A stretch of 47,910 nt of DNA from an uncultured Thermococci archaeon (GTDB lineage Archaea > CAYQAE01 > CAYVLA01). Positions 26,880 to 36,364 of the stretch are shown here, piece by piece. How positions within the stretch are numbered: the stretch's first letter is position 1; each line of letters opens with the position of its first letter. The translations under genes and the position numbers were made by a program. Under the pieces are notes generated by a model. The model worked only from the letters and a program-made list of their open reading frames with translations. It made no database searches and was not told where the DNA came from. The DNA lies in the NCBI GenBank assembly GCA_964549615.1, contig CAZJVP010000084.1:1-47910 (forward strand), written 5' to 3'.

Positions 26880-27278
26880 ATGGCCGCGAAACTAGGCGAG
26901 CGCATCCAGGAGGCAGACTGGAAGGTAGAGAAGCACGTACCCGTGATCGAGTGCCCGGATAGGGTGAAGGCAGACGAGGTGTTCTCCGTTAAGGTCAGCC
27001 TGGGGAAGCAGGTCGCCCACCCGAATACCACCGAGCACCATATCCGGTGGATCTCGCTTTTCTTCCACCCGGAGGGCGAGAAGTTTACCTACCACGTCGG
27101 GACCTATGAATTCAATGCCCACGGCGAGAGTGCCAAGGGGGCAAACCAGGGCCCTGTCTACGCCCACCACGAGGCTACGGCAACGCTTAGGGTCAACAAG
27201 CCCGGCACGCTCTACGCACTGGCTCTCTGTAACATCCACGGGCTCTGGCAGTCGTCAAAGGAGATAGGCATCTTGTGA
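26880..27278 (+). CDS. sor: Superoxide reductase, neelaredoxin-like (1Fe)
   Basis: EKHVP, HPNTTEHHI and CNIHG iron ligands. Confidence 0.92.
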   Translation: MAAKLGERIQEADWKVEKHVPVIECPDRVKADEVFSVKVSLGKQVAHPNTTEHHIRWISLFFHPEGEKFTYHVGTYEFNAHGESAKGANQGPVYAHHEATATLRVNKPGTLYALALCNIHGLWQSSKEIGIL

Positions 27279-27365
27279 TCTGGCCTTCCCTTGGCATCTC
27301 ACTCCGCCGCCCGGGGCGTGGTGGAGAACCATGACAAGATGCCTGGTGCAAGAGGAGGTTGGCGT

Positions 27366-27764
27366 ATGACGGGCAAGATTGACGTGGCAACATTCGAGCG
27401 GATAATGGAGTCCCTTCCGGTTGAAATTTCGTTCGTGGACGCGGATGATGCCGTGCGGTACTTCAACAAAGACGGGAACAGGATCTTTCCTCGTCCCAAG
27501 GGCATCATAGGCAGGAAGGTCCAGAACTGCCACCCGAAGAAAAGCGTCGAGAGGGTCGAGGAGATACTCAGGGGCTTCAAGGAGGGAACCCTGGGCGAGG
27601 CAGAGTTCTGGATCCAGATCAAGGACCGGATGATCTACATCAGGTACTTCCCAGTCCGGGATGAAGCAGGGAAATACATCGGGTGTCTCGAGGTCACCCA
27701 AGATGTTACGCGGATAAGGCAGCTTAAAGGGGAGAAGAGGCTGCTCCACGAGAAGCCCGGTTGA
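27366..27764 (+). CDS. PAS-domain protein (DUF438/PAS_10-like)
   Basis: LPVEISFVD, IGRKVQNCHP, YIRYFPVRD...GCLEVTQD. Confidence 0.85.
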   Translation: MTGKIDVATFERIMESLPVEISFVDADDAVRYFNKDGNRIFPRPKGIIGRKVQNCHPKKSVERVEEILRGFKEGTLGEAEFWIQIKDRMIYIRYFPVRDEAGKYIGCLEVTQDVTRIRQLKGEKRLLHEKPG

Positions 27765-28602
27765 CGGCGGGGGCCATCCCCTTCTCGGCCAGTAGCCGCT
27801 GTAGGGCAATGTCCAGTCCGAGCTCGTTCAACGTAGTTTGATAGAGCTGCCAGGACCTCTCGGAAGGCGTCTTCCCGTAGGTTGCGCGGATCATGATGTT
27901 CTTCTCGGTCCTCCGAACCGAGATGTACTCGAAGATGTCGACGTTGTAGCCGAAGCTCTCCAGCACGAGCCTTCGGAGCGCATCGCTCAGCACTGAGCCC
28001 AAGAGCTTTCGGTGGGTGTAGTTCTCAATCAGCGGGATGAGCCTAGGATCATTTGAGGCGGTGAGCTGGTTGGCCACCTCCCTCTGGCAGCAAGGAACCA
28101 AGAAAATGTACCTGCACCCAAGTTCGACGCCCTTCACGAGGGCCTCATCGGTGGCGGTGTCGCACGCGTGAAGGCTGATGAGAACCTTGATGTCGCGGCC
28201 ATCGTGATAGTCGGCTATCCTTGATCGATGGTACTCAACGTTAGCGTAGCCCATCGCCTCAGCAATGGACCGGCACTTGCTTATGAGCCTGCCTGATGAG
28301 TCGATGCCAATCCAATGGACCTCTCGACAAGCCGTGTCCAGTAGGATTTGGTTCAGAAGGAGGCTGAGGTGGCCCTTGCCGCAAGCGCACTCTAGGACGT
28401 ACAGCGTACGTCTCTTGCTCGTCCTATCCAGGACATTTCGCATCAAGGGAAGGAAGGCCAGCACCTGAGCCAGCTTGTCCCGTCCCTCCTCCTTCAGGCA
28501 ACCCCTCTGGTCGGTATAACCGAGGAGACGCACAAGGCGAAGGGCCACGTCGGAGATATCCTCTGGCAAGTCCGGGATGCAAGGGCGACCGGGCTCTCCC
28601 AT
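27724..28602 (-). CDS. Class I SAM-dependent methyltransferase (Methyltransf_32-like)
   Basis: LECACGKGHLS, SLHACDTATDEAL, VPCCQ, TEKNIMI. Confidence 0.85.
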   Translation of the reverse strand: MGEPGRPCIPDLPEDISDVALRLVRLLGYTDQRGCLKEEGRDKLAQVLAFLPLMRNVLDRTSKRRTLYVLECACGKGHLSLLLNQILLDTACREVHWIGIDSSGRLISKCRSIAEAMGYANVEYHRSRIADYHDGRDIKVLISLHACDTATDEALVKGVELGCRYIFLVPCCQREVANQLTASNDPRLIPLIENYTHRKLLGSVLSDALRRLVLESFGYNVDIFEYISVRRTEKNIMIRATYGKTPSERSWQLYQTTLNELGLDIALQRLLAEKGMAPAVNRASRGAASSPL

Positions 28603-28738
28603 TTGGCACCAGCTTTCGGGCACAGGCAAGTTTGACGAAGGTCTTATATGGGTAATCCTGAACTCGAGTGATCCATCGCAAGGCAAGGATGTCCCGGGAG
28701 TTGACTTGGGATTCTGGGCCAACACTGGTCTTGGGTGG

Positions 28739-30283
28739 ATGATAGGTTTGACCCTACTGGGGATCGATGTCGGCACAACCGGAGTTAGGGCACTTCTCTT
28801 CGACCCATCGAGCAGGCGTTGCCACATCGCTGACCGCAGTTACGAACTTTTCCTTCCTGAGCCTGGGCGAGCGGAGCAGGACCCGGATCAGATCTGGGAG
28901 GCGACCAAGTCCGCGACGGCCGAGGTGTTGAGGACGGCGGACGGCACGCAAACGGTTTCGCTGAGCATCTCGAGCCAGGGCGGCACGCTGATCCCGCTTG
29001 ACGAGAAATTCAAGCCCCGTGGCAACGCGATCGTCTGGATGGATCACAGGGCCAAGGCGCAGGCCGATGCTCTGACAAGCGAGTTCGGCAAGGAATTCTT
29101 CTACAAGAAAACGGGCTGGCCGCTGACCGGCTGCCTCCCCTTCCTTCAGATCCGTTGGCTCAAGGAGGAACGCCCGGAGCTGTTTCGCAGGATCAGCCGG
29201 TTCGCATTCGTCGGAGACTACATGACCTACAAGCTATCCGGCATGTGGGTCGCCGACCCTTCGAGCGCGAGCATCACGATGCTCTACAACCTGAAGGACG
29301 GAACCTGGGATGAAGAACTCCTGAAGATGGCTGGGATTCGCGAGGACCAGCTGCCCCAGCTTGCCGACTCGGGGAGGCTCATTGGAGCCGTGAAGCCGTC
29401 GGTCGCACGCAAGATCGGATTCCGGGGCCGGGAAATGCTTGTCTCCACCGGGGGGCACGACCAGTACTGCGCATCGCTGGGTGCCGGGGCACTCGAGGAC
29501 GGGGATCTCCTGCTCTCCGGAGGAACCGCGTGGGTGCTGTTGCTAACCTCAGGTGTCGCGCTGTTCGACGCCAGGAGCTTCCTCTCTCCGGGGAGGCACG
29601 TTATGAAGGGGCTTTGGGGGCTCATGGGCTCCATCTCGGGGGCGGGCGCCGGGGTGAGGTGGCTGGCTGGGTTGCTCCGCGGAAAAAAGAGTCCGGGAGG
29701 CGAGGAAAGCAGGCTCTACCGCTCAATCGAGCGCGAGGGCATGGGGTTGCCACCCGGGTCGGAGCAGCTCTTCTTTTACCCGCATTTCCTGGGCGCCACG
29801 GCGCCGACATGGGAGGCTGACGCAAAGGGTGCAATCGTCGGGCTGGGCCTCCACCATCGCCCGGCCCACGTCTTCAGGGCCCTGCTTGAGGGGATAGGGT
29901 TCGAGGTCCTCTGGAATGTTGAGACCTTCAGAAGCCTCGGGGCCAAGGTGAGCTCCGTGAGCATGATTGGAGGCGCGGCGAGAAGCCTCATATGGCCGCG
30001 CATCATCTCCAACATCCTGGATATGCCCGTTAGGATCCCGAGGATCAAGGAGGCCGCCTGCGTCGGTGCCGCGGTTTTGGGGGGCCTAGGAGCTGGGACC
30101 ATCAAGGACTATCGGGAGGGCATCGACGCTTTCCTGTCGGGCTCCTCCGTCGTGAACCCCGATCCCGAAGATTCGCGGCGCTATAGGGAACTCTCTGCCC
30201 GATACCGAAGCGGGTTCTGGAGGCTTCGGGATGTATGGTCAAGCTCGACGAGGCCTAGATCTTCGCAAAATGCGCTCCGATGA
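28739..30283 (+). CDS. FGGY-family carbohydrate kinase (xylulokinase-like)
   Basis: GIDVGTTG, EQDP, AIVWMDHRA, GGHDQ, SGGTA, LEGIG, GGAARS. Confidence 0.92.
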   Translation: MIGLTLLGIDVGTTGVRALLFDPSSRRCHIADRSYELFLPEPGRAEQDPDQIWEATKSATAEVLRTADGTQTVSLSISSQGGTLIPLDEKFKPRGNAIVWMDHRAKAQADALTSEFGKEFFYKKTGWPLTGCLPFLQIRWLKEERPELFRRISRFAFVGDYMTYKLSGMWVADPSSASITMLYNLKDGTWDEELLKMAGIREDQLPQLADSGRLIGAVKPSVARKIGFRGREMLVSTGGHDQYCASLGAGALEDGDLLLSGGTAWVLLLTSGVALFDARSFLSPGRHVMKGLWGLMGSISGAGAGVRWLAGLLRGKKSPGGEESRLYRSIEREGMGLPPGSEQLFFYPHFLGATAPTWEADAKGAIVGLGLHHRPAHVFRALLEGIGFEVLWNVETFRSLGAKVSSVSMIGGAARSLIWPRIISNILDMPVRIPRIKEAACVGAAVLGGLGAGTIKDYREGIDAFLSGSSVVNPDPEDSRRYRELSARYRSGFWRLRDVWSSSTRPRSSQNALR

Positions 30284-31676
30284 TATCGGCCACCTTGGCG
30301 ACCACGGGCGACCAGTCGCCGTAGCTTAGGGCGAAGTGGTGCGACGAACCCTCGAGGCTAAGGGCCGTCAGGAACTCCGCCAGGGGCCTCTTCGGCCTGA
30401 ACTTATAGTGCGGCGTAATGACGCCCTTGATCGGTGAGAAATCGACCACTTCGCCCTCTGTAGCGATGATCTTCAAACGCTGCTTGGCCGCCACGGTCAG
30501 GTTGACCAGCGTCACCGGCCCCGGTCGCAGGGCGAAGCGCAGGAGGAGCGGCCTTGTGGGCAGGCTCACTAGGCCGAGTTCACTCCCCACCAGCTCAACG
30601 GGAAGGTCCGGCCTGGCCAGGCTGGGGTTGCCTTCTCCCATGTGGCTCATGAGAATGGCGCCGGCACCGAAGTCCATCGTGAACATCTCGGTGAAACTAG
30701 CCGACCCTGCCAAGCGCTGCATCAAGGCGACCGCGACCGAGGTCAGCACGTCGCCCTCCCCGGCATAGCCGTAGCCCTCGGAAAGCAACTTGCAGGAGGC
30801 CAGGAAGGGCAGAGTCCGAAGCCAGCCCTCTTGGGAAATGGCCATGAAGTTGGCGGTGAAAGCGGTCATTCCCCTTTCTTTTAAGATCTCCCGGATCGCC
30901 CACTCTAGCCGGGAACTCTCCTCGTGCTCCTCAGGCGTGACGTCCTCGGCCACCTTGAAGGAAAGCCTATCCTCCCGGATCTGTTCGCTGATTGCCTTGG
31001 CAGGCGCACTGCGGGCAAGCTCGGCAAGATCCTTTTGTGGGATGTGGCTGACCTCGACTCCCAGCTCGCTGAGGAGCATCGTCTCGTCCAAGGCGAAGTC
31101 GCCCATCTTTTCCAAGGGGTACCCTAGCATCCCAACCCTGCACTTTTTCAAGAAGCTCACGCCGTTCGCCGCCCTGCACCACTCCTGAACATCCTTCAGT
31201 GTTTGCGGGTCCTCGTAGTGCCCGGTGACGAGGCCGAACCTCTTCTCTGCCCTCAAGAGGACGTTGGCAAGGTCTTGGACTCCGTGCATGCCGTGGTTGC
31301 GTATCAGATCCCGCGGATCCATGTCCGGCGCAACCTCTCGCAGCTTCTGCGTGTTGAAAACCAGAACGGGGAGCCTCGTCGCCTTCAGTGCATGAACCGC
31401 AAGGTGGCTTGGGGCGTACGTAAGCAGAACGACGATGATGAGGTCGACCTGCTCTTCCTCGAACATGCGCACCGCCTCCTCCACCTCATCGCGCGTCTTG
31501 CAGATCCCGGGCCAATGCACCTTCGCGATCCTCCCCAATACCTTCGTAAGCTCCTTGCCGAACTCAGCCATATCGGGCTCCAGCCCCGGGATTGCATCAT
31601 ATAGCCTAAACATCAAGGTCAATAGTCCGACTCTCGGCATGGCCTTCGCCACAGCTCTCGCACGCGCCTTACCCAT
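30255..31676 (-). CDS. L-arabinose/L-fucose isomerase-family sugar isomerase
   Basis: NHGMHG, GEGD, FTEM, SHMGE and HHFAL metal/catalytic motifs of the AraA/FucI fold. Confidence 0.82.
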   Translation of the reverse strand: MGKARARAVAKAMPRVGLLTLMFRLYDAIPGLEPDMAEFGKELTKVLGRIAKVHWPGICKTRDEVEEAVRMFEEEQVDLIIVVLLTYAPSHLAVHALKATRLPVLVFNTQKLREVAPDMDPRDLIRNHGMHGVQDLANVLLRAEKRFGLVTGHYEDPQTLKDVQEWCRAANGVSFLKKCRVGMLGYPLEKMGDFALDETMLLSELGVEVSHIPQKDLAELARSAPAKAISEQIREDRLSFKVAEDVTPEEHEESSRLEWAIREILKERGMTAFTANFMAISQEGWLRTLPFLASCKLLSEGYGYAGEGDVLTSVAVALMQRLAGSASFTEMFTMDFGAGAILMSHMGEGNPSLARPDLPVELVGSELGLVSLPTRPLLLRFALRPGPVTLVNLTVAAKQRLKIIATEGEVVDFSPIKGVITPHYKFRPKRPLAEFLTALSLEGSSHHFALSYGDWSPVVAKVADIIGAHFAKI

Positions 31677-32731
31677 CAACCCACCAACCGCTCTGCATTC
31701 CTGAAGAAGATCATCTCGATCTCCTTTCTTCCCAACCCCACCCGATCGGCCGCCCTCCTGAACGCGTCTATCGCCTCGTACAAGAAGAAGGTGATCTCAT
31801 CCTCCGGTTGCCCGATCCGGGTATGGTTGTCCTCCCAGTCGGCATCGAGGATGATGTTGACGTAGTTATCGCCCTCGCAGATCCTCCGCGAGTGCATCGC
31901 GGTGACAGGAAGATCGGATCCGAAGAGCACCCTCTCGGTCCCAACGGTGTCGATGAGCCTCTCGAAAACCAACTGGTTGGCGTTCGCGGAGATGTCAAAT
32001 AGCAGGTTTCGCGAGTCCGCCAGCTCATCCAAGCTCTCAGCATACCTGTCGCAGTATGACCTCCCGACGTGAGCAACCACGACCCTTGCCCGCGGGTAGG
32101 TCCGATCAAGCTCCATTAGCTGCCGTAGGTTCACCTGGTCCATGAGCCTTCCGGGCCTCGGGATGTGGAGGATGATCAACCATCGCTTCCGATCGGCCAG
32201 CTCGAGATGGTGTGTTGGAAGGAAGTCGTAGATCTCGACCCTTTCGGGCGTCTTGCCTCTGGCCATCGAAGGATAGGGCTTCAGCCCAACGAAACCTCCT
32301 GCCTCCACGTACCTTTCCAACTCCTCTGCCGACCAAGCAGGGTCGGTCAGGATCAGACATCGGAGGCCGAGCCTGCGGGATTCCTTTGAGACATATTCAT
32401 TGCCCTTTGCCGGGTCAAAACGCGGGGAGGGATACGGAAAGATCACGGGGCGGACTTCCTTGCCGGGAAACAGAAGTCGGTAGCTCTCAAGCAGTGCTTC
32501 CACGGTCATTCCGTTGGGGCAAACCCTCTCGGCCCAGAAGCTCGGAGCCGGAGCACCCGGGATGATCTCGGCTGGGCTCGTGGCGTGAGCGTGGATGTCT
32601 ATCATCTTCCTGGGAAGGAAGTCCTCGAGACGTTCCCGGTAGAACGGCTTGTCCACGCGATGGTAGTAGGCGTCGGCCCACAGCCTTCCCTTCCTGAGTT
32701 GCTCCATCACACCCAAGCCAGCCTTGCTCAA
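31676..32731 (-). CDS. Amidohydrolase-superfamily metalloenzyme (possible sugar lactonase)
   Basis: DIHAH, GLKPY, LHIP, AHVGR, LFGSDLP, RNAERL. Confidence 0.85.
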   Translation of the reverse strand: MSKAGLGVMEQLRKGRLWADAYYHRVDKPFYRERLEDFLPRKMIDIHAHATSPAEIIPGAPAPSFWAERVCPNGMTVEALLESYRLLFPGKEVRPVIFPYPSPRFDPAKGNEYVSKESRRLGLRCLILTDPAWSAEELERYVEAGGFVGLKPYPSMARGKTPERVEIYDFLPTHHLELADRKRWLIILHIPRPGRLMDQVNLRQLMELDRTYPRARVVVAHVGRSYCDRYAESLDELADSRNLLFDISANANQLVFERLIDTVGTERVLFGSDLPVTAMHSRRICEGDNYVNIILDADWEDNHTRIGQPEDEITFFLYEAIDAFRRAADRVGLGRKEIEMIFFRNAERLVG

Positions 32732-32766
32732 TTCACCACGCTCCTCCGACGAACCCCTTTTTCGAG

Positions 32767-33885
32767 CTAGCCTATTCTCCCCACCGTGGCCGGCTTGCCA
32801 GTCCTGATGGATTCCCCCGCTGCTAGGCAGGTTGCAACGGTTTTTGCGCCCTCAGAGGCATCCGGGTTCGGCGTTGCGTCGCGTTGGATACAATCCTGTA
32901 GGTGCCTGTGGAATCTCACGACCTCTTCTATGTGGCCGCTGATTTCCTCATCCGGCGGGATCACCCTTCCCGCTGCGGTCTCCTGCTTCATCCTCAGGTA
33001 CCTGGAAGGGGGCAGCGTCTTCCGCTCGATCCTGCCGTCCTTCTCCAAGACGAGTTGGTTGTTGATCAGGGTGCCCTTCGTGCCGTATGCCCCGAACTCC
33101 TCCAAGGCAAGCGGCGGCTCAACGACCCCGTAAGCCCCTAGAACTCTTCCGATCGCTCCCTCCCGGAACTTCATGTTGAGCGTGAAGGTGTCGGCCAAAG
33201 GATAGCCCGGTATCATCCCGCTCTTCTTCGCGTAGGCATGCACCTCAACAACATCCCCCGCCAACCACCTCGCCAGATCCACGGGGTGGCAAAGACCCCC
33301 TAACAGGAAGTCCTGCGGGGCTGTCAGTCTCCAAGGCGTATGCCCCATCAGGGCCCTGATGTCGTGCACGTAGAGGGCCTCCACAAGAACTGGCTCTCCG
33401 AGCTCTCCTCTTTGTACAAGCTCCTTGGCCTGCACGTAAAGGTCGGTGAACCGGACGGTTTCCGCCGTGAGGAACTTCACCCTCATTTTTCTGACCAACG
33501 ACACGATCTCCCTGCATTCCTCCATGGTAGTGGCCATGGGCTTCGTGCACAGGACGTGCTTGCCCTCTTTCAGGGCGGCTATCGCGTGCTGGCCGTGGAG
33601 GTGGTCAGGCGAAAAGACCGCCACTATGTCCACGTCCTGACTTCTGACAAGCTCGCGGTAATCCGTGGTGCAGAAAGGAACTTTCTCCTTCTTGGCGATC
33701 TGCTCAAGCTTCTGCTTGTCCGTCCTGCATATGGCCGTGACCCTTATCCTCAGGTCGGGGGCGCGTCTCAGGGCCTCGAAGACATTTGACCCCATGAATC
33801 CCACGCCGACTATGCCTATTCGAAGTTCCGCCTCCTCCACAGCATCAGCTCCTGCCCAATCCGCCCTCTTACCGGCCAGCCTCAT
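32767..33885 (-). CDS. Gfo/Idh/MocA oxidoreductase
   Basis: GIVGVGFMG, SPDHLH, GKHVLCTKP, CHPVD; ATG overlaps the aldolase stop. Confidence 0.9.
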   Translation of the reverse strand: MRLAGKRADWAGADAVEEAELRIGIVGVGFMGSNVFEALRRAPDLRIRVTAICRTDKQKLEQIAKKEKVPFCTTDYRELVRSQDVDIVAVFSPDHLHGQHAIAALKEGKHVLCTKPMATTMEECREIVSLVRKMRVKFLTAETVRFTDLYVQAKELVQRGELGEPVLVEALYVHDIRALMGHTPWRLTAPQDFLLGGLCHPVDLARWLAGDVVEVHAYAKKSGMIPGYPLADTFTLNMKFREGAIGRVLGAYGVVEPPLALEEFGAYGTKGTLINNQLVLEKDGRIERKTLPPSRYLRMKQETAAGRVIPPDEEISGHIEEVVRFHRHLQDCIQRDATPNPDASEGAKTVATCLAAGESIRTGKPATVGRIG

Positions 33886-34676
33886 TCCGCGTGCACGATC
33901 TCGGAGATCGACTTGATCATGCGAATCGGGTCCCTGTCCCCCCAAACGTTTCGCCCCATGATGACTCCTTTGGCTCCAGCATCCATAACCTCCTTGACCA
34001 TCTTGAGAAGGCCCTCCGAGTCGCCGGCGCCCGGGCCGCTCAGCACGATGACCGGGACCGGACAGCACTTCACAACCTCCCTAAATGAATCAGGGTCGCC
34101 TGTGTAGTAGGACTTGACCACGTCGGCCCCGAGCTCGGCGGCCACCCTGTCGGCAAACTTGACGTGCTCCACACTTGGCCAGACCCGTTTGGCCCTGGGC
34201 TTGAAGTGATACTCAACGATCTCCGGGGGCAACGCCTCGACTATGTGGGGCATGCCCACCTTGTCGCATTCCTCGGAGATCCGGCCGACCTTCTCCGAGT
34301 TCTGCGATTCCTTCTCAACGCCTATGAAAGCCATGGTTGCCACGGCATCTGCTCCGAGACGCAACGCCTCCTTCACCGAACTGAAAAGCCTGTAGTCTGT
34401 TATATCCGGCCCTAACGCCGAGGCTGTGCCATCCAGCCTCGCGATTATGCCCAGCTTCCCCACCAGGTCCTCGTGACAGGCTCTGATCATGGACGGGTTA
34501 AGAAGCGTTGCATCTGGCCTACAGCCGCCCGTTAGAAGCGTCTTGATGGCCCTCCTGATGTCCTCGATCCCCGCGAGCGGTCCAAGGTCGACGCCGTGAT
34601 CCATGGGGACGACGAATGTCTTTCCATCCTCCTTGAAGATTCGTCCAAGCCTGATTCTCTTTCCGACCAAACTCAT
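33882..34676 (-). CDS. Class I aldolase of the DhnA/LsrF family
   Basis: VPMDHG, GADAV, ELGADVVK (Schiff-base Lys), GRNVW. Confidence 0.9.
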   Translation of the reverse strand: MSLVGKRIRLGRIFKEDGKTFVVPMDHGVDLGPLAGIEDIRRAIKTLLTGGCRPDATLLNPSMIRACHEDLVGKLGIIARLDGTASALGPDITDYRLFSSVKEALRLGADAVATMAFIGVEKESQNSEKVGRISEECDKVGMPHIVEALPPEIVEYHFKPRAKRVWPSVEHVKFADRVAAELGADVVKSYYTGDPDSFREVVKCCPVPVIVLSGPGAGDSEGLLKMVKEVMDAGAKGVIMGRNVWGDRDPIRMIKSISEIVHAE

Positions 34677-34816
34677 ACTACCATCTGCCCCTAACGCAAC
34701 CTAGCCCCCTTATCTTGCTTTTGGCAGTTGGCCAAGCAAGACATCCTCGTCTTGGCGAGGTCCCCGCGGGAACAATGCCAGTGCGCATCGCCAGGGCTGA
34801 ATATGGATGTACCTAT

Positions 34817-35053
34817 CTAGCTAGCGGTAGTCTGCTTTTGTATGCAGCTTTCTTTCCAGATCTGGGTTAGGGCTTCGGACAGTGATCGGGGTGGATTCAG
34901 CCCTCTCTGCTCCCACGTGGCAAGAAGGCTTGGAATCCCCTCATACATCCGTACACCCTTCCCGTTTCTAAGAGTCCCTATGATCTTCGAGTGCAGGAGA
35001 AGCGTCCTCAAAGCCCGCTCCGAGCGATTGTTGGTCAACTCCACGCCGGGATG
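34817..35053 (-). mobile_element. IS66-family transposase C-terminal remnant
   Basis: HPGVELTNNRSERALR...KIIGTLRNGKG...SLLATW..RGLNP matches the TNNxxERxLR signature; the N-terminal part is missing. Confidence 0.78.
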
Positions 35054-35073
35054 CCCTCTTGTACGTCTTGTAT

Positions 35074-35196
35074 ATCCTGTTCGCCTGCGGCGACGTGACC
35101 GGGCCTCCCTTTCAGGTCGGCAAAGCGATCGGGGAGGGGTGCGTGGCTGGCCTACCAGCCGTAGAGTACCTCCGGGAAAGAGCCAAAAAGACTAAC
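35074..35196 (+). pseudogene. C-terminal remnant of a thioredoxin-reductase-like FAD oxidoreductase
   Basis: LFACGDVTGPPFQVGKAIGEGCVAG is the second FAD-binding motif; the N-terminal portion is absent. Confidence 0.7.
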
Positions 35197-35233
35197 GCCA
35201 CGCACAGCTCACAGCTAGGGAAGGTGAAAAGCA

Positions 35234-35677
35234 GTGGATCGCGCGAAGAAAAGGGTCCTGTTCATATGCACCCATAACTCGGCCAGATCGCAGATGGCCG
35301 AAGCATTCCTCAGGGCTATGTGTGGCGATCGGTTCGAAGCCTACAGTGCGGGAACCGAACCGACCCGAGTCGATCCCCTGGTTGTGGAGGTCATGAACGA
35401 AGTCGGCTTGGACATCTCAGGACAAAGAGCGAAGGGTCTTGATCCCTTCCTTGGTAAGGAGTTCGACTACATCGTTACGGTCTGTGATAACGCAAAACGT
35501 TCCTGCCCATTCTTCCCGGGAGGAAGGCAGTACCTACACAAGAGCTTTGAGGATCCCGCCACGTATGTCGGGACTCCGGAAGCGAGAAAAAAGGCTCTCA
35601 GGCAGCTCAGGGACCAGATCAGGGATTGGGTTTTTCTGGCCTTCTGCCTCTCGTCAGCTGGCGGTGGGGGATCGTGA
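35234..35677 (+). CDS. arsC: Thioredoxin-type arsenate reductase (LMW-PTP fold)
   Basis: CTHNSARSQMAEA P-loop, SAGT, TVCD...CPFFPG, FEDP; AGGTGA SD. Confidence 0.9.
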   Translation: MDRAKKRVLFICTHNSARSQMAEAFLRAMCGDRFEAYSAGTEPTRVDPLVVEVMNEVGLDISGQRAKGLDPFLGKEFDYIVTVCDNAKRSCPFFPGGRQYLHKSFEDPATYVGTPEARKKALRQLRDQIRDWVFLAFCLSSAGGGGS

Positions 35678-36364
35678 ACCAGTACCCCCGCTGTTTGGGA
35701 AAACCTTGAACTCGCCAATCTCAGCCTCGGACTCGACGTCCCGTCCTTCGACGATGTAGATTGCCCGGCTGGCAAGGTTTACGGCCCTGTCCCCGATCCT
35801 CTCCAACCACCTAGATACAAACATGAGGAGGGACGCCCTCGCATCCTCCTTCTTCACCCTCTCCAGCAAGCTGGCAAAGATGGCGCTGTACACCTCGTCA
35901 GTCGTTTTATCGCTCTCAATGACCTTTCGCGCCATAGAGGTATCCCTAGTCCTGAAGGCCTCAATGGCCTGCTCCAGCTGGCGGGCTACCATATCTGCCA
36001 GGGTCATTATTCTAGAAAACTCCGGAATGTTCTTGTCATAGAGCCCCTGTTTTGCGACCTCGGCTATGTGAATTGAGGACCTGTTAATCCTCTCCACATC
36101 ATCCGCACTCCTCAGATAGCTCACGATGACCCGGAGATCGACCGCCATCGGCTGCTGAAGGGCGATGAGCGCCAGACATTCCTTCTGGACCGAGGCCGTC
36201 TGTGACACGATAACGGCGTCCCTCCCCATCATGGCCTTTATGCTGTCCTCCCTTGTCTTGACCAGGTTCTCGCGAGCACACCTCACGTTCTCGAGGACCT
36301 CGAGAGATATCTTGTGGAGCTGTTCGCCTATTTGGTCCAGCTCCTTGTGGAACTTGTCCCGCAT
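35654..36364 (-). CDS. phoU: Phosphate signalling protein PhoU
   Basis: ALQQPMAVDLR, DVERI and LERIGD repeats. Confidence 0.92.
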   Translation of the reverse strand: MRDKFHKELDQIGEQLHKISLEVLENVRCARENLVKTREDSIKAMMGRDAVIVSQTASVQKECLALIALQQPMAVDLRVIVSYLRSADDVERINRSSIHIAEVAKQGLYDKNIPEFSRIMTLADMVARQLEQAIEAFRTRDTSMARKVIESDKTTDEVYSAIFASLLERVKKEDARASLLMFVSRWLERIGDRAVNLASRAIYIVEGRDVESEAEIGEFKVFPNSGGTGSRSPTAS

